Assembly (NCBI GenBank): GCA_002269645.1
Contig: NIVC01000085.1
Coordinates: 1-64,000 of the forward strand
Reading direction: 5' to 3'
Source of the DNA: Macrostomum lignano
Taxonomy: Eukaryota
DNA length: 64,000 nucleotides
In this document: one piece after another, positions 26,001-37,500 of the stretch
How the letters are laid out: each line of letters starts with the position of its first letter
How positions within the stretch are numbered: position 1 is the stretch's first letter
Notes under the pieces: generated by a model
What the model was told of the DNA's origin: nothing
The model's input: the letters and a program-made list of their open reading frames with translations, nothing else
Databases searched by the model: none
Translations under genes and position numbers: made by a program

Positions 26001-26795
26001 CCAAATGAATCACTTAGCAACCAAATGAATCACCTAGCAACTAAATGAATCACCTAGCAACGAAATCAATCATCTAGCAACCAAATCAGTCACCTAGCAA
26101 CCAAATGAATCACCTAGCAACCAAACCAATCAACTAGCAACGAAATCAATCATTTAGCAGCCAAATGAATCACCTAGCAACCAAATGAATCCCTAGCAAC
26201 CAAATGAATCACCTAGCAACCAAACCAATCAACTAGCAACGAAATCAATCATTTAGCAGCCAAATGAATCACCTAGCAACCAAATGAATCACCTAGCAAC
26301 CAAATGAATCACCTAGCAACCAAATCAATCACATAGCAACCAAATCAATCATCCAGCAACAAAAGTTACCTAGCAACCAAATGAATCCCTAGCAACCAAA
26401 TGAATCACCTAGCAACCAAACCAATCAACTAGCAACGAAATCAATCATTTAGCAGCCAAATGAATCACCTAGCAACCAAATGAATCACCTAGCAACCAAA
26501 TCAATCAACTAACAACCAAAGAAATCAACTAACAACCAAAGAAATCACCTAGATACCTCAATCAGAAAATACAGTACCAACTGACTCAAGACTCAACCTC
26601 TCACCTCTGTTGGATACTGTCGAAATCCTCCAGGCTAATCTGACCATTCTGTCCGCTATCGCCAAACTTCCCAACACTGCTGATCAACGCGACAGTCCAG
26701 GTGACGCAAGCGAACGTAGCGATGGTGGCCAGCATCAGACGGATCCGACCGTTTCCGGCAGAAGCCAACCTCAGCTGCCTCGCGAGTCGAACCAT
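22066..26795 (-). CDS. DUF229-family protein, copy B (inverted paralogue). Exons 26795-26605, 25531-24816, 24354-23561, 22371-22066; 668 aa
   Basis: Same 4-exon layout and intron phases as copy A; exon 3 is 794 nt in both. Junctions AG|GTGAGA, TTCAG|C, G|GTGAGC, TTTCAG|GC, TTG|GTGAGT, CTGCAG|ATC join in frame (2007 nt). N-terminal TM helix (LMLATIATFACVTWTVALISSV) and the same DUF229 motifs. Confidence 0.86.
22400..23404. repeat. Composite microsatellites (CTGTCTGCATCTAC, CCTA, TCTG) followed by a 20-bp GTGTGTCAGAGAGTCTACAG array, within intron 3 of DUF229 copy B
   Basis: Successive simple-repeat blocks at 22400-23058, then 20/40-bp units at 23058-23404. Confidence 0.93.
25670..26560. repeat. 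20-bp minisatellite AATCACCTAGCAACCAAATG in intron 1 of DUF229 copy B
   Basis: More than 40 tandem 20-bp units. Confidence 0.96.
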
Positions 26796-27994
26796 TGCTG
26801 CAGCCGCTGTGAGGTGAGTCACTAGCTGAGTATATCCGCTGCGTTGGCGGTGTGGCTCTGCGTTTTTTTTCAAGATAGACTTTTCTGTACTTTGTAGCTA
26901 GTGTATTTTGAGTTGTATACGATCTACAATATAGCAGTTATAACTTACCGAATCCGAAAGCAGAGCGGACAGACAGACAGGGCGGGCCTGAAAGATTACA
27001 TCAAATCCTGCATGGTCGGTTTTATTTAGTCCACTAGTTATAATAATTCGAAATTGAAAAAAAAACTCTAAACTCAACAGTCAGACTTTATGGTCAGCTT
27101 TGGGAAAGTGAGGACAAGAGATGAGTGTAGGATAAAACATTACAGGAGCTGCCCAGGCCCGTCCCTCGTGGTGGATATCTGTCCAACCGCCCAGGGGGGG
27201 TGCTGTACACTGTGCCTCCCACTCTCATCTCTCGGTACCTCTTCCGCCCTTTCTTCCCCATCCCCACCTCTCTCTTCCTCCTCCACTGCCTGCCCAGCAC
27301 CGTCCACTCTCTTTTCTCTCCGTCCCGTTCCGCCAGGATTTACACACCCTCGATTCATTTCTCGTGCGGCTTTTCGAGTTTTGCGTTCTAATGTGCACTC
27401 GGCTGACCAACCAAATATAGTGCCAGGCATGGAGGCCTAGAACTAGAACCTGGAGTTGCTTTCTCATACGAAAACCCGATAAATTACATGTATCTGCATT
27501 TTGGAGTAACGAAACAAAGGTTCTCCACACATTAAATGTCTTATGTCTAGTTCAAAAAACTAAAATCTCTGTTTTTTTAGAAAACAGGCTGAGAATGGGG
27601 AATATTTTCCTCTCCAGGATCTGCTTCTAGGCCACCATGAGCCAGGCCGGCCGAACCCGCTCCTCCCCTCTCTCCCATTCCTTCCTTCTTCCCCTCCCTT
27701 CCCAAATGTGCATCATCAGCTCCGTATCCGCGAACAGCTCCTGCAAGTTGCGGACTCGGTCTGTGAAAGAAAAATACTCCAGCCGAGTCCCCGTTGCCGA
27801 CCCAGGGGGCTCCCATGCAGGGGATTCAATTCTGACATTCATCCTCGGAATTAAGACTCCCAAATTGAAAGCTTCAAAACAGGAAGCAAGCGCAGCTCTT
27901 TGTGGAGCTTGATGACGGACAGAGAAGAGCTCTTTAGAGCCACTTTGGAAGCAGAAAATTGTTTAATTTAGAAACATGGGTCCCATTTAGACTC

Positions 27995-29005
27995 AGTGAC
28001 GAATCTGATGGAAAAGAAGATTCTTGGATTGACGAGTCTGATAGAGAAGAGATTCCTGGAGTGATGAGTCTGATAGAGAAGAGATTCCTGGAGTGACGAG
28101 TCTGATAGAGAAGAGATTCCTGGAGTGACGAGTCTGATAGAGAAGAGATTCCTGGAGTGACGAGTCTGATAGAGAAGAGATTCCTGGAGTGACGAGTCTG
28201 ATAGAGAAGATTCTTGGAGTGACGAGTCTGATAGAGAAGATTCTTGGAGTGACGAGTCCGATAGAGAAGATTCTTGAGTGGCGAGTCTGATAGAGAAGAT
28301 TCTTGAGTGGCGAGTCTGATAGATAAGATTCTTGGAGTAACGAGTCTGATAGAGAAGATTCTTGAGTGGCGAGTCTGATAGAGAAGATTCTTGGAGTAAC
28401 GAGTCTGATAGAGAAGATTCTTGGAGTGACGAGTCTGATAGAGAAGATTCTTGGAGTGACGAGTCTGATAGAGAAGATTCTTGGAGTAACGAGTCTGATA
28501 GAGAAGATTCTTGGAGTGACGAGTCTGATAGAGAAGATTCTTGGAGTGACGAGTCTGATAGAGAAGATTCTTGGAGTGAAGAGTCTGATAGAGAAGATTC
28601 TTGGAGTGACGAGTCCGATAGAGAAGAGATTCCTGGAGTGACGAGTCTGATAGAGAAGAGATTCCTGGAGTGACGAGTCTGATAGAGAAGAGATTCCTGG
28701 AGTGACGAGTCTGATACAGAAGAGATTCCTGGAGTGACGAGTCTGATAGAGAAGAGATTCCTGGAGTGACGAGTCTGATAGAGAAGAGATTCCTGGAGTG
28801 ACGAGTCTGATACAGAAGAGATTCCTGGAGTGACGAGTCTGATAGAGAAGAGATTTCTGGAGTGACGAGTCCGATAGAGAAGAGATTCCTGGAGTGACGA
28901 GTCTGATAGAGAAGAGATTCCTGGAGTGACGAGTCTGATAGAAAAGAAGATTCTTGGAGTGACAAGGCTGATAGAAAAGAGTCTCGGAGTGATGAGTCTG
29001 ATAAA
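27995..29005. repeat. 30/32-bp minisatellite GAGTGACGAGTCTGATAGAGAAGA(GA)TTC(C/T)TG, left array
   Basis: Tandem units; gives the ESSLSDSSLQ pseudo-ORFs. Confidence 0.96.
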
Positions 29006-29703
29006 ACAACAAAAATCCCACACTTATACTATACATACAATACATCTCTAGTAATATAGAGAAAATTAGTAGTTTAAGAAACTTTTCAGATTTAGTTCAA
29101 TAGATTCTAAACTGCGTGCTTTTGGAAAACTTTGGAAAGCTATGTGAAGGCTATACAGGCTTACACTAGAAGACTGGTGACAGACGACAGTGGTTGAACT
29201 TACCGAATCAGAGAGCAGGACATGCAGTTACTCAACCAAGGCTAAAGGCTGGTATAGGCAGGTATAGTCCTGCCGACCGAATAAAAATCCGTGCAATCAG
29301 CAAGTGGAAAGCCGAGATAAAGAATAGCAAAGTTAAAGTTGATCGCTATAGCTCGTAATTACTGGTAGATTCAGTTGGCAAATGCACCATTTACTCTGGC
29401 ACAAACTTGGCAACTCGTATATAATGTCCGTCTTATCAGGCTGGGCCTACCTAAGTAGTGCGTACACGCGAATCGGCAGCTTATCTGTATTAAGTGGCTT
29501 TTATTCAGCTACGAACCGATAAAATTTCATGTGACGAGTTGCAAACTGAACACGTGCATGTCTATTTGTACATGTACGGTACAGCAGGGGAGGTGGGGCG
29601 GGGTGGCGTGATCGGCGTACGCATTGATTATTGATTGGAGGGGTGGGGCAGACTGGAGGGTTGGGGCGGGGCAGGAGGGCGAGAAAGGGCACGATTGCAC
29701 AAC

Positions 29704-30788
29704 ACGAGTCTGATAGAGAAGATATTCCTGGAGTGACAAGGCTAGGATAGAGAAGAGATTCCTGGAGTGATGAGTCTGATAGAGAAGAGATTCCTGGAGT
29801 GATGAGTCTGATAGAGAAGAGATTCCTGGAGTGACGAGTCTGATAGAGAAGAGATTCCTGGAGTGGCGAGTCTGATAGAGAAGATTCTTGAGTGACGAGT
29901 CTAATTGAGAAGAGATTCTTGGAGTGACGAGTCTGATAGATAAGAGATTCTTGGAGTGACGAGTCTGATAGATAAGAGATTCCTGGAGTGACGGGTCTGA
30001 TAGAGAAGATTCTTGAGTGACGAGTCTAATTGAGAAGAGATTCTTGGAGTGACGAGTCTGATAGATAAGAGATTCTTGGAGTGACGAGTCTGATAGATAA
30101 GAGATTCCTGGAGTGACGGGTCTGATAGAGAAGATTCCTGGAGTGATGAGTCTGATAGAGAAGAGATTCCTGGAGTGACGGGTCTGATAGAGAAGAGATT
30201 CCAGGAGTGGCGAGTCTGATAGAGAAGAGATTCTTGGAGTGACGAGTCTGATAGAGAAGATTCTTGGAGTGACAAGGCTGATAGAGAAGATTCTTGGAGT
30301 GACGAGTCTGATAGATAAGAGATTCCTGGAGTGACGGGTCTGATAGAGAAGATTCCTGGAGTGATGAGTCTGATAGAGAAGATTCTTGGAGTGACAAGGC
30401 TGATAGAGAAGATTCTTGGAGTGACGAGTCTGATAGAGAAGATTCTTGGAGTGACAAGGCTGATAGAGAAGATTCTTGGAGTGACGAGTCTGATAGAGAA
30501 GATTCTTGGAGTGACAAGGCTGATAGAGAAGATTCCTGGAGTGACGAGTCTGATAGAGAAGATTCTTGGAGTGACGAGTCTGATAGAGAAGAGATTCTTG
30601 GAGTGACGAGTCTGATAGAGAAGATTCTTGGAGTGACGAGTCTGATAGAGAAGATTCTTGGAGTGACAAGGCTGATAGAGAAGATTCCTGGAGTGACGAG
30701 TCTGATAGAGAAGATTCTTGGAGTGACGAGTCTGATAGAGAAGAGATTCTTGGAGTGACGAGTCTGATAGAGAAGATTCTTGGAGTGA
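29704..30788. repeat. Same 30/32-bp minisatellite, right array
   Basis: Same unit and orientation as 27995-29005, separated by about 700 bp of unique sequence. Confidence 0.96.
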
Positions 30789-31094
30789 TTCAACCAAGTA
30801 AACAAGTAAACTCAGCCCAGCCTTAAAAAGGAGGTGACAATTCCATCTTAAAACTTTATTTTTTGTTATTTTCTCTCGCAAAACAGAAATAACATCAATT
30901 TGCTAAATTTAGCACCAGTGCGTGAGGCTGTTTTGGTCTTAATTTTTTTATAAAATCTGAAAAAGAGAACTTTCCAAGCTTGAAAACGAATAAGCCTCAC
31001 TAAGGCATGCAGCTCTCAGCGAAGCGGAGAAAAGCATTTATAAACTGCAGTTGGTTTTACCTTTCCAGATTCTCTGTCTAGTAATCCACGGCTC

Positions 31095-31575
31095 TTGGTT
31101 AGACGCCCCTGTCTCTTTGTGAGCGCCCCTTGTCTCGATCGCGGGCGCCCCTTTCTCTTCGAAGGCGCCCCTGTCGCTTGGTTAGGCGCCCCTGTCTATT
31201 GGTTCGGCGCCCCTGTCTATTGGTTAGACGTCCCTGTCTATTGGTTCGGCGCCCCTGTCTCCTGGTTAGGCGCCCCCTGTCTCTTGGTTAGGCGCCCCTG
31301 TCTCTTGGTTAGGTGCCCCTGTCTCTTGGTTAGGCGCCCCTGTCTCTTGGTTAGGCGCCCCTGTCTCTTGGTTAGGTGCCCCTGTCTCCTGGTTAGGCGC
31401 CCGTGTCTCTTGGTTAGGTGCCCCTGTCTCCTGGTTAGGCGCCTCTGTCTCTTGGTTAGGCGCCCCTGTCTCTTGGTTAGGTGCCCCTGTCTCCTGGTTA
31501 GGCGCCTCTGTCTCTTGGTTAGGCGCCCCCTGTCTCTTGGTTAGGCTCCCCTGTCTCTTGGTTAGACGTCCTTGT
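31095..31575. repeat. 21-bp minisatellite GGTTAGGCGCCCCTGTCTCTT, probably inside a non-autonomous element
   Basis: About 22 units. Followed by a GC-rich end ...CCCCCTCTCGTCCTGCGTACGCCAATG (about 31665). A short degenerate copy of the unit lies at 57860-57940. Confidence 0.9.
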
Positions 31576-31952
31576 CTCTCGGTTGCCGAACCAACCTCAC
31601 TTAGATGCCATATGTTCCAGGGCTGAGGCGGGGGCCCCGGCCCCCCTCTCGTCCTGCGTACGCCAATGGAATGCACAATTTGTACAGGAATTTCACAGAG
31701 CCCGAAGAACAATGGCTGAAAGCAGATGAAAGTATTAAGACAGTGCGCAGACATGCCTGTTTTCAAGCAGAGAGAGGAGGCCAGCTCTGTTTCTCTTCTC
31801 TCTCTCTTTCGACTTAGATCCGTGTGCCTAAGCCCGAGCAAGTATAATACAGCCCACTTTAATACAGCAGGCTCTGCATAGTAGCCGCAATTACCAAGAC
31901 ACAAGGAACAAAAAGCAGTTGCAGAGATTCTTTTACGCATAGCCGACCGACC

Positions 31953-32654
31953 ATGTCCAACTCGGATTTACAACGCCGAGTAGAAACCATCCAGAAGTCT
32001 TTTCAAGACCTGTGCCAGCCTGAGAATCTTGCGCAGTTTAACGAGTTCTACAGCCTGATGGATGGTCAGGACCTGCCCGTCGCAGCCAGGATGTTCATCT
32101 TCGACCAGGGCATTCTGTCGCTGGAGAACATGAACGCCAAGCATCACCAGCTGATCGACAAGATGGAACAGGCAGTCAGCCTGGGCTTCAGCGTCAAGTG
32201 CATGAAAGACTTCGTGGAGATATGCCTGACCGATACCTACGACTATCCCAGCTCGGAGTTGACAGCCTCGGCGCCGCAGGCGGGATCCAACTCGCTGCAG
32301 AGCGCCCCAGCGAGGCTGACACCGCAAACTTCTTCCTTTTCGCCGTCGCTGCCAAAACATCCGCAGATGCAGGAGCAGGCAGCTAGAGTCTCACAAGATC
32401 CGGGATACTACTCACACGAGCAGTACCAGCCGCCGTACCTGCTGCACCAAGGCAACAAGCCACGCAGCTTCAGCATTCCGCACAACAGTTACCAGCAGCC
32501 GCAGCCTCCGCAGCAGTCAAAGTCCAACCCATCCTCTCCTGCTAAGCCGTCGAAAGCCAAAAAACTGGTCGAACTGTTTCTCTACCCAGAGAATTCCGCG
32601 AAGAAGTCGGCAAAGAAAAGAGATGCCCGAGATCGGAAGGGGCACTACACTTGA
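31953..32654 (+). CDS. Hypothetical protein, 233 aa (helical N-terminal region, P/Q/S-rich disordered middle, basic C-terminus)
   Basis: Non-repetitive ATG-to-TGA ORF with the same GC3-rich codon use as the other genes. Acceptor-like TTTTACGCATAG just upstream of the ATG; AATAAA at 32889. No family recognised. Confidence 0.65.
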   Translation: MSNSDLQRRVETIQKSFQDLCQPENLAQFNEFYSLMDGQDLPVAARMFIFDQGILSLENMNAKHHQLIDKMEQAVSLGFSVKCMKDFVEICLTDTYDYPSSELTASAPQAGSNSLQSAPARLTPQTSSFSPSLPKHPQMQEQAARVSQDPGYYSHEQYQPPYLLHQGNKPRSFSIPHNSYQQPQPPQQSKSNPSSPAKPSKAKKLVELFLYPENSAKKSAKKRDARDRKGHYT

Positions 32655-33000
32655 CTAGCTTTGGCAATGCCAAAATTGGTTCTTAACAATTCATTCATGC
32701 TGAAAGCTTGCTGTATGTAAGCTTGAGATTAAAACAAAATTTTAACATTGGAACCTGATTTCATGCCAGACTTGTAATGTCTTGTAATATAATGATCTCA
32801 TGAGCTCGTAACTTCTGTTTACCTTTTCTATGGCCAAACTCATCTAATGCGTACAGTATAAAGTGACTAGAAATTGTGACCAGGTAAAAATAAAAACTGT
32901 AAAAAACGTTTCACTTATTTTTGCTGTCTTCGCCGCATAAAATTCAAAGTTTGTTGTTTAAGACCTAACCTATGCATGCACTACTATGCAGACCTAACCT

Positions 33001-34145
33001 ATGATCCTGAGGTATGGATTACTGAAGAACCTGAAGTATAGATTACTGAAGAACCGGAAGTATAGATTACTGAAGAACCGGAAGTATAGATTACTGAAGA
33101 ACCGGAAGTATAGATTACTGAAGAACCTGAAGTATAGATTACTGAAGAACCGGAAGTATAGATTACTGAATGATCTGAAGTATAGATTACTGAAGAACCT
33201 GAAGTATAGATTACTGAAGAACCGGAAGTATAGATTACTGAAGAACCTGAAGTATAGATTACTGAAGAACCGGAAGTATAGAGTACTGAAGAACCGGAAG
33301 TATAGATTACTGAAGAACCTGAAGTATAGATTACTGAAGAACCGGAAGAATAGATTACTGAAGAACCTGAAGTATAGATTACTGAATGATCTGAAGTATA
33401 GATTACTGAAGAACCGGAAGTATATATTACTGAAGAACCGGAAGTATAGAGTACTGAAGAACCGGAAGTATAGAGTACTGAAGAACCGGAAGTATAGATT
33501 ACTGAAGAACCGGAAGTATAGATTACTGAAGAACCGGAAGAATAGATTACTGAAGAACCGGAAGTATAGATTACTGAATGATCTGAAGTATAGATTACTG
33601 AAGAACCGGAAGTATAGATTACTGAAGAACCGGAAGTATAGATTAATGAAGAAGCGGAAGTATAGATTACTGAATGATCTGAAGTATAGATTACTGAATG
33701 ATCTGAAGTATAGATTACTGAATGATCTGAAGTGTAGATTACTGAATGATCTGAAGTGTAGATTACTGAATGATCTGAAGTATGGATTACTGAATGATCT
33801 GAAGTGTAGATTACTGAATGATCTGAAGTATAGATTACTGAATGATCTGAAGTGTAGATTACTGGATGATCTGAAGTGTAGAATACTGAATGATCTGAAG
33901 TGTAGATTACTGGATGATCTGAAGTGTAGATTACTGGATGATCTGAAGTGTAGATTACTGGATGATCTGAAGTGTAGATTACTGGATGATCTGAAGTGTA
34001 GATTACTGGATGATCTGAAGTGTAGATTACTGGATGATCTGAAGTGTAGATTACTGGATGATCTGAAGTGTAGATTACTGAAGGACCTGAAGTATAGATT
34101 ACTGAAGAACCGGAACTATAGATTACCGAATAATTTGAAGTATCA
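33001..34145. repeat. 24-bp minisatellite GAAG(T)(A/G)TAGATTACTGAAGAACCG / ...GGATGATCT
   Basis: About 47 units with a left-to-right variant gradient; stop-free on both strands (ORFs 33001+ and 32999-). Confidence 0.96.
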
Positions 34146-34545
34146 GATTGCATATTAATTTTACTATTTATTACTATTCAATTTAACATTGTTAAATTAT
34201 TTTAACAATTTTAAATTTGAAGTTAATTAAATAAAAGACAAATGAAAGCTAAAGATAAAAATTGAAAATCAATTAACAATTAGAAGTTATTGTAATCTAT
34301 TTCAGAAGCAGATATTCAATAAAATTCTAATCAATTCAGTTATATAAAAGTCTAAAGAAGCAATAAATTATAAAATCAGAAAAAACAAAGCAATTAGCCT
34401 TGAACACCAATGGAAATTATAAAATATTAAAATTGTTTCAAACGACATTAGCCGAAAAAATCTTTTAAATTCGTATTTGGCGTTTTGTTTAAAAACAGTC
34501 ACAAGAAGATTGGTCATTGTCTCAGTTCTGGTTGCTAAGCAAAAC

Positions 34546-37500
34546 TCAGAGCCTAGCAACGGGTCTGCCGCCAATGCTGGGCTTGTCCAGGAACTCTGAC
34601 CACCATTCGGGTCTTTCAAAAGCGCCTGGCGCGGTGAACATTGACTGGACAATATTCTCATAGATCTGCGGGATTCGAAAATGAAGGGAGATGATAATAA
34701 AACGGGGAGAGGGAATGATAAAATGAGGGAAGGGAATGATAAAATGAGGGGAGGGAATGATAAAATGAGGGGAGGGAATGATAAAATGAGGGAAGGGAAT
34801 GATAAAATGAGAGGAGGGAATGATAAAATGAGGGAAGGGAATGATAAAATGAGAGGAGGGAATGATAAAATGAGGGAAGGGAATGATAAAATGAGAGGAG
34901 GGAATGATAAAATAAGGGGGAAGGGAATGATAAAATGAGGGGAGGGAATGATAAAATGAGGGGAGGGAATGATAAAATGAGGGGAGGGAATGATAAAATG
35001 AGGGGAGGGAATGATAAAATGAGGGGAAGGGAATGATAAAATGAGAGGAGGGAATGATAAAATAAGGGGGAAGGGAATGATAAAATGAGGGGAAGGGAAT
35101 GATAAAATGAGGGGAAGGGAATGATAAAATGAGGGGGAAGGGAATGATAAAATGAGGGAAGAGGATTATAAAATGAGGGGAGGGAATGATAAAATGAGAG
35201 GAGGGAATGATAAAATGAGGGGAGGGAATGATAAAATGAGGGAAGTGAATGATAAAATGAGAGGAGGGAATGATTATATGAGGGGAGGGAATGATAAAAT
35301 GAGGGGAGGGAATGATAAAATGAGGGAAGGGAATGATAAAATGAGAGGAGGGAATGATAAAATAAGGGGGAAGGGAATGATAAAATGAGGGGAAGGGAAT
35401 GATAAAATGAGGGGAAGGGAATGATAAAATGAGGGGGAAGGGAATGATAAAATGAGGGAAGAGGATTATAAAATGAGGGGAGGGAATGATAAAATGAGAG
35501 GAGGGAATGATAAAATGAGGGGAGGGAATGATAAAATGAGGGGAGGGAATGATAAAATGAGGGGAGGGAATGATAAAATGAGAGGAGGGAATGATAAAAT
35601 GAGGGGAGGGAATGATAAAATGAGGGGAGGGGATGACAAAATGAGGGGAGGGGATGATAAAATGAGGGGAGGGAATGATAAAATGAGGGGAGGGGATGAC
35701 AAAATGAGGGGAGGGGATGATAAAATGAGAGGAGGGAATGATAAAATGAGGGGAAGGGAATGATAAAATGAGGGGAGGGAATGATAAAATGAGAGGGATA
35801 ATGAATATATAATGACGCATATATTAATAAAGAAAAAATGGCGAGCTCGGGCCGGGGAACACGAGTATGAGTACACTAGAAAATCTAGGTTGAGAAAAGA
35901 TTATACAAACTGATCTGGGCTGGGCTGGGACGGAAGACCCCCACAAGCCAGATTAACTGATTGCCTGTAGATTAACCGCCGCAATATTTGTGCGTTGAAT
36001 ACGCCTCCCAAAAAAGAAATTTAGCACGCCCTGGTTTTGAGTTGAAAGGCAAAATTATGGAATTGTTTGTTTTTGTAAGAATTAATTGCCACATCGTTGC
36101 AGACAAGCTTTAAAGAAATAACCAGACTCAACCACTCACAAGTAGGCAGCTATGAAAATCATCCTTTTTTGAATTGAAAATAGCTACTGAAATCCCACAA
36201 GCAGAATTCAAATCCCCACTTGAGGAATTATCACTCTCACAATTAAAATCTCACTCTCACAATTCAAATCTCACTCTCAGAATTCTAATCTTACTCTCGG
36301 GAATTCACATCTTAATCACAGAATTCAAATCCCATTTCTAGAATCCCAGAATTCAAATCCCATTTTTAGAATCCCAGAATTCAAATCCCATTTCTAGAAT
36401 CCCAGAATTCAAATCCCATTTCTAGAATCCCAGAATTCAAATCCCATTTCCAGAATCCCAGAATTCAAATCCCATTTCCAGAATCCCAGAATTCAAATCC
36501 CATTTCCAGAATCCCAGAATTCAAATCCCATTTCCAGAATCCCAGAATTCAAATCCCATTTCCAGAATCCCAGAATTCAAATCCCATTTCCAGAATCCCA
36601 GAATTCAAATCCCATTTCCAGAATCCCAGAATTCAAACCCCATTTCTAGAATCCCAGAATTCAAATTCCTTTTTTTCAAACTGTTCTCTTCCCCAGCTCA
36701 CCAGCCCATCAGACGCTCCCAGAGCAGAGTTGAGCACAAAGTCGGTAGGGGCGATGGCGTCAACCAGACCAAGCGACTCGGGCAGCAGAGCGGCGCACGC
36801 GGCAGCCTGACAGGCTGGCAGCCACCTGGCCAACTGGACCGCATCAAAATGGCGGCAGTCGGCCTCGAACATGGCCGGCAGATGCCGCTGCACCAGACTC
36901 AGGCCGTGCACAACCCACAGCAGCCGCAGCGGCCCGGCCAGACACTCCGAGGTGGCCGGAACGCCGAAGGCGAGTCGACGAAACCGGCGAAGCACTTCGG
37001 CGTCGGCGTAGGCGAGGGCGAGGGTCTTGGCTCGCCAGGGCGACAGCGGCGCCGACTCTGGGCGGAGCAGCAGGTTGCCGATCAACGAGTGCAGCAGGCC
37101 GAGCAGCGCGGGGACGCCTTCGATGCTGTCGTCGACGTCCGCGGAGAAGCCCTCGCCGTCCAGCATCTCCTGAAGGCTGGGCAGGAGCTTCTGCTGTTGC
37201 TGCTGCTGCTGCTCAAAGCTCAAGAAGAACAGATAGCGATAGCTGCCGAGAGGGGAGGCGACAGCCGCGGCAGCAGAGGCGCTGGCGGCAGCTTTTGAAG
37301 TTGGCTGCTTCTTCAGCTTGGACGCCAGAGAGAGCAGGTGAGCCGTGGCCTTGACGCGCAATAATTTTTTGGGGGAAATGCTGTGTTTTTTCTAAATAAT
37401 TGCATTGACTGGAACTGGCTGGAAATGATCCATCAGATTCAGAAAGCTACGTATAGCGGATAAGTGATGCTCTGAAATTTATCTGTTGATTTCTTGGAAA

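Noticed and set aside
27995-30788. TGATGAG/CTGATAG words suggesting hammerhead ribozymes in the satellite
   Set aside because: No CUGAUGA...GAAA core with the required three stems.
27934-30881. Long ORFs (340-380 aa) on the - strand
   Set aside because: They are translations of the 30/32-bp satellite and are open in several frames at once.
32999-35820. ORFs 32999-34153, 33001-34158 and 34546-35820
   Set aside because: Satellite translations. Only 34665-34546 is a real exon (ACOX C-terminus).
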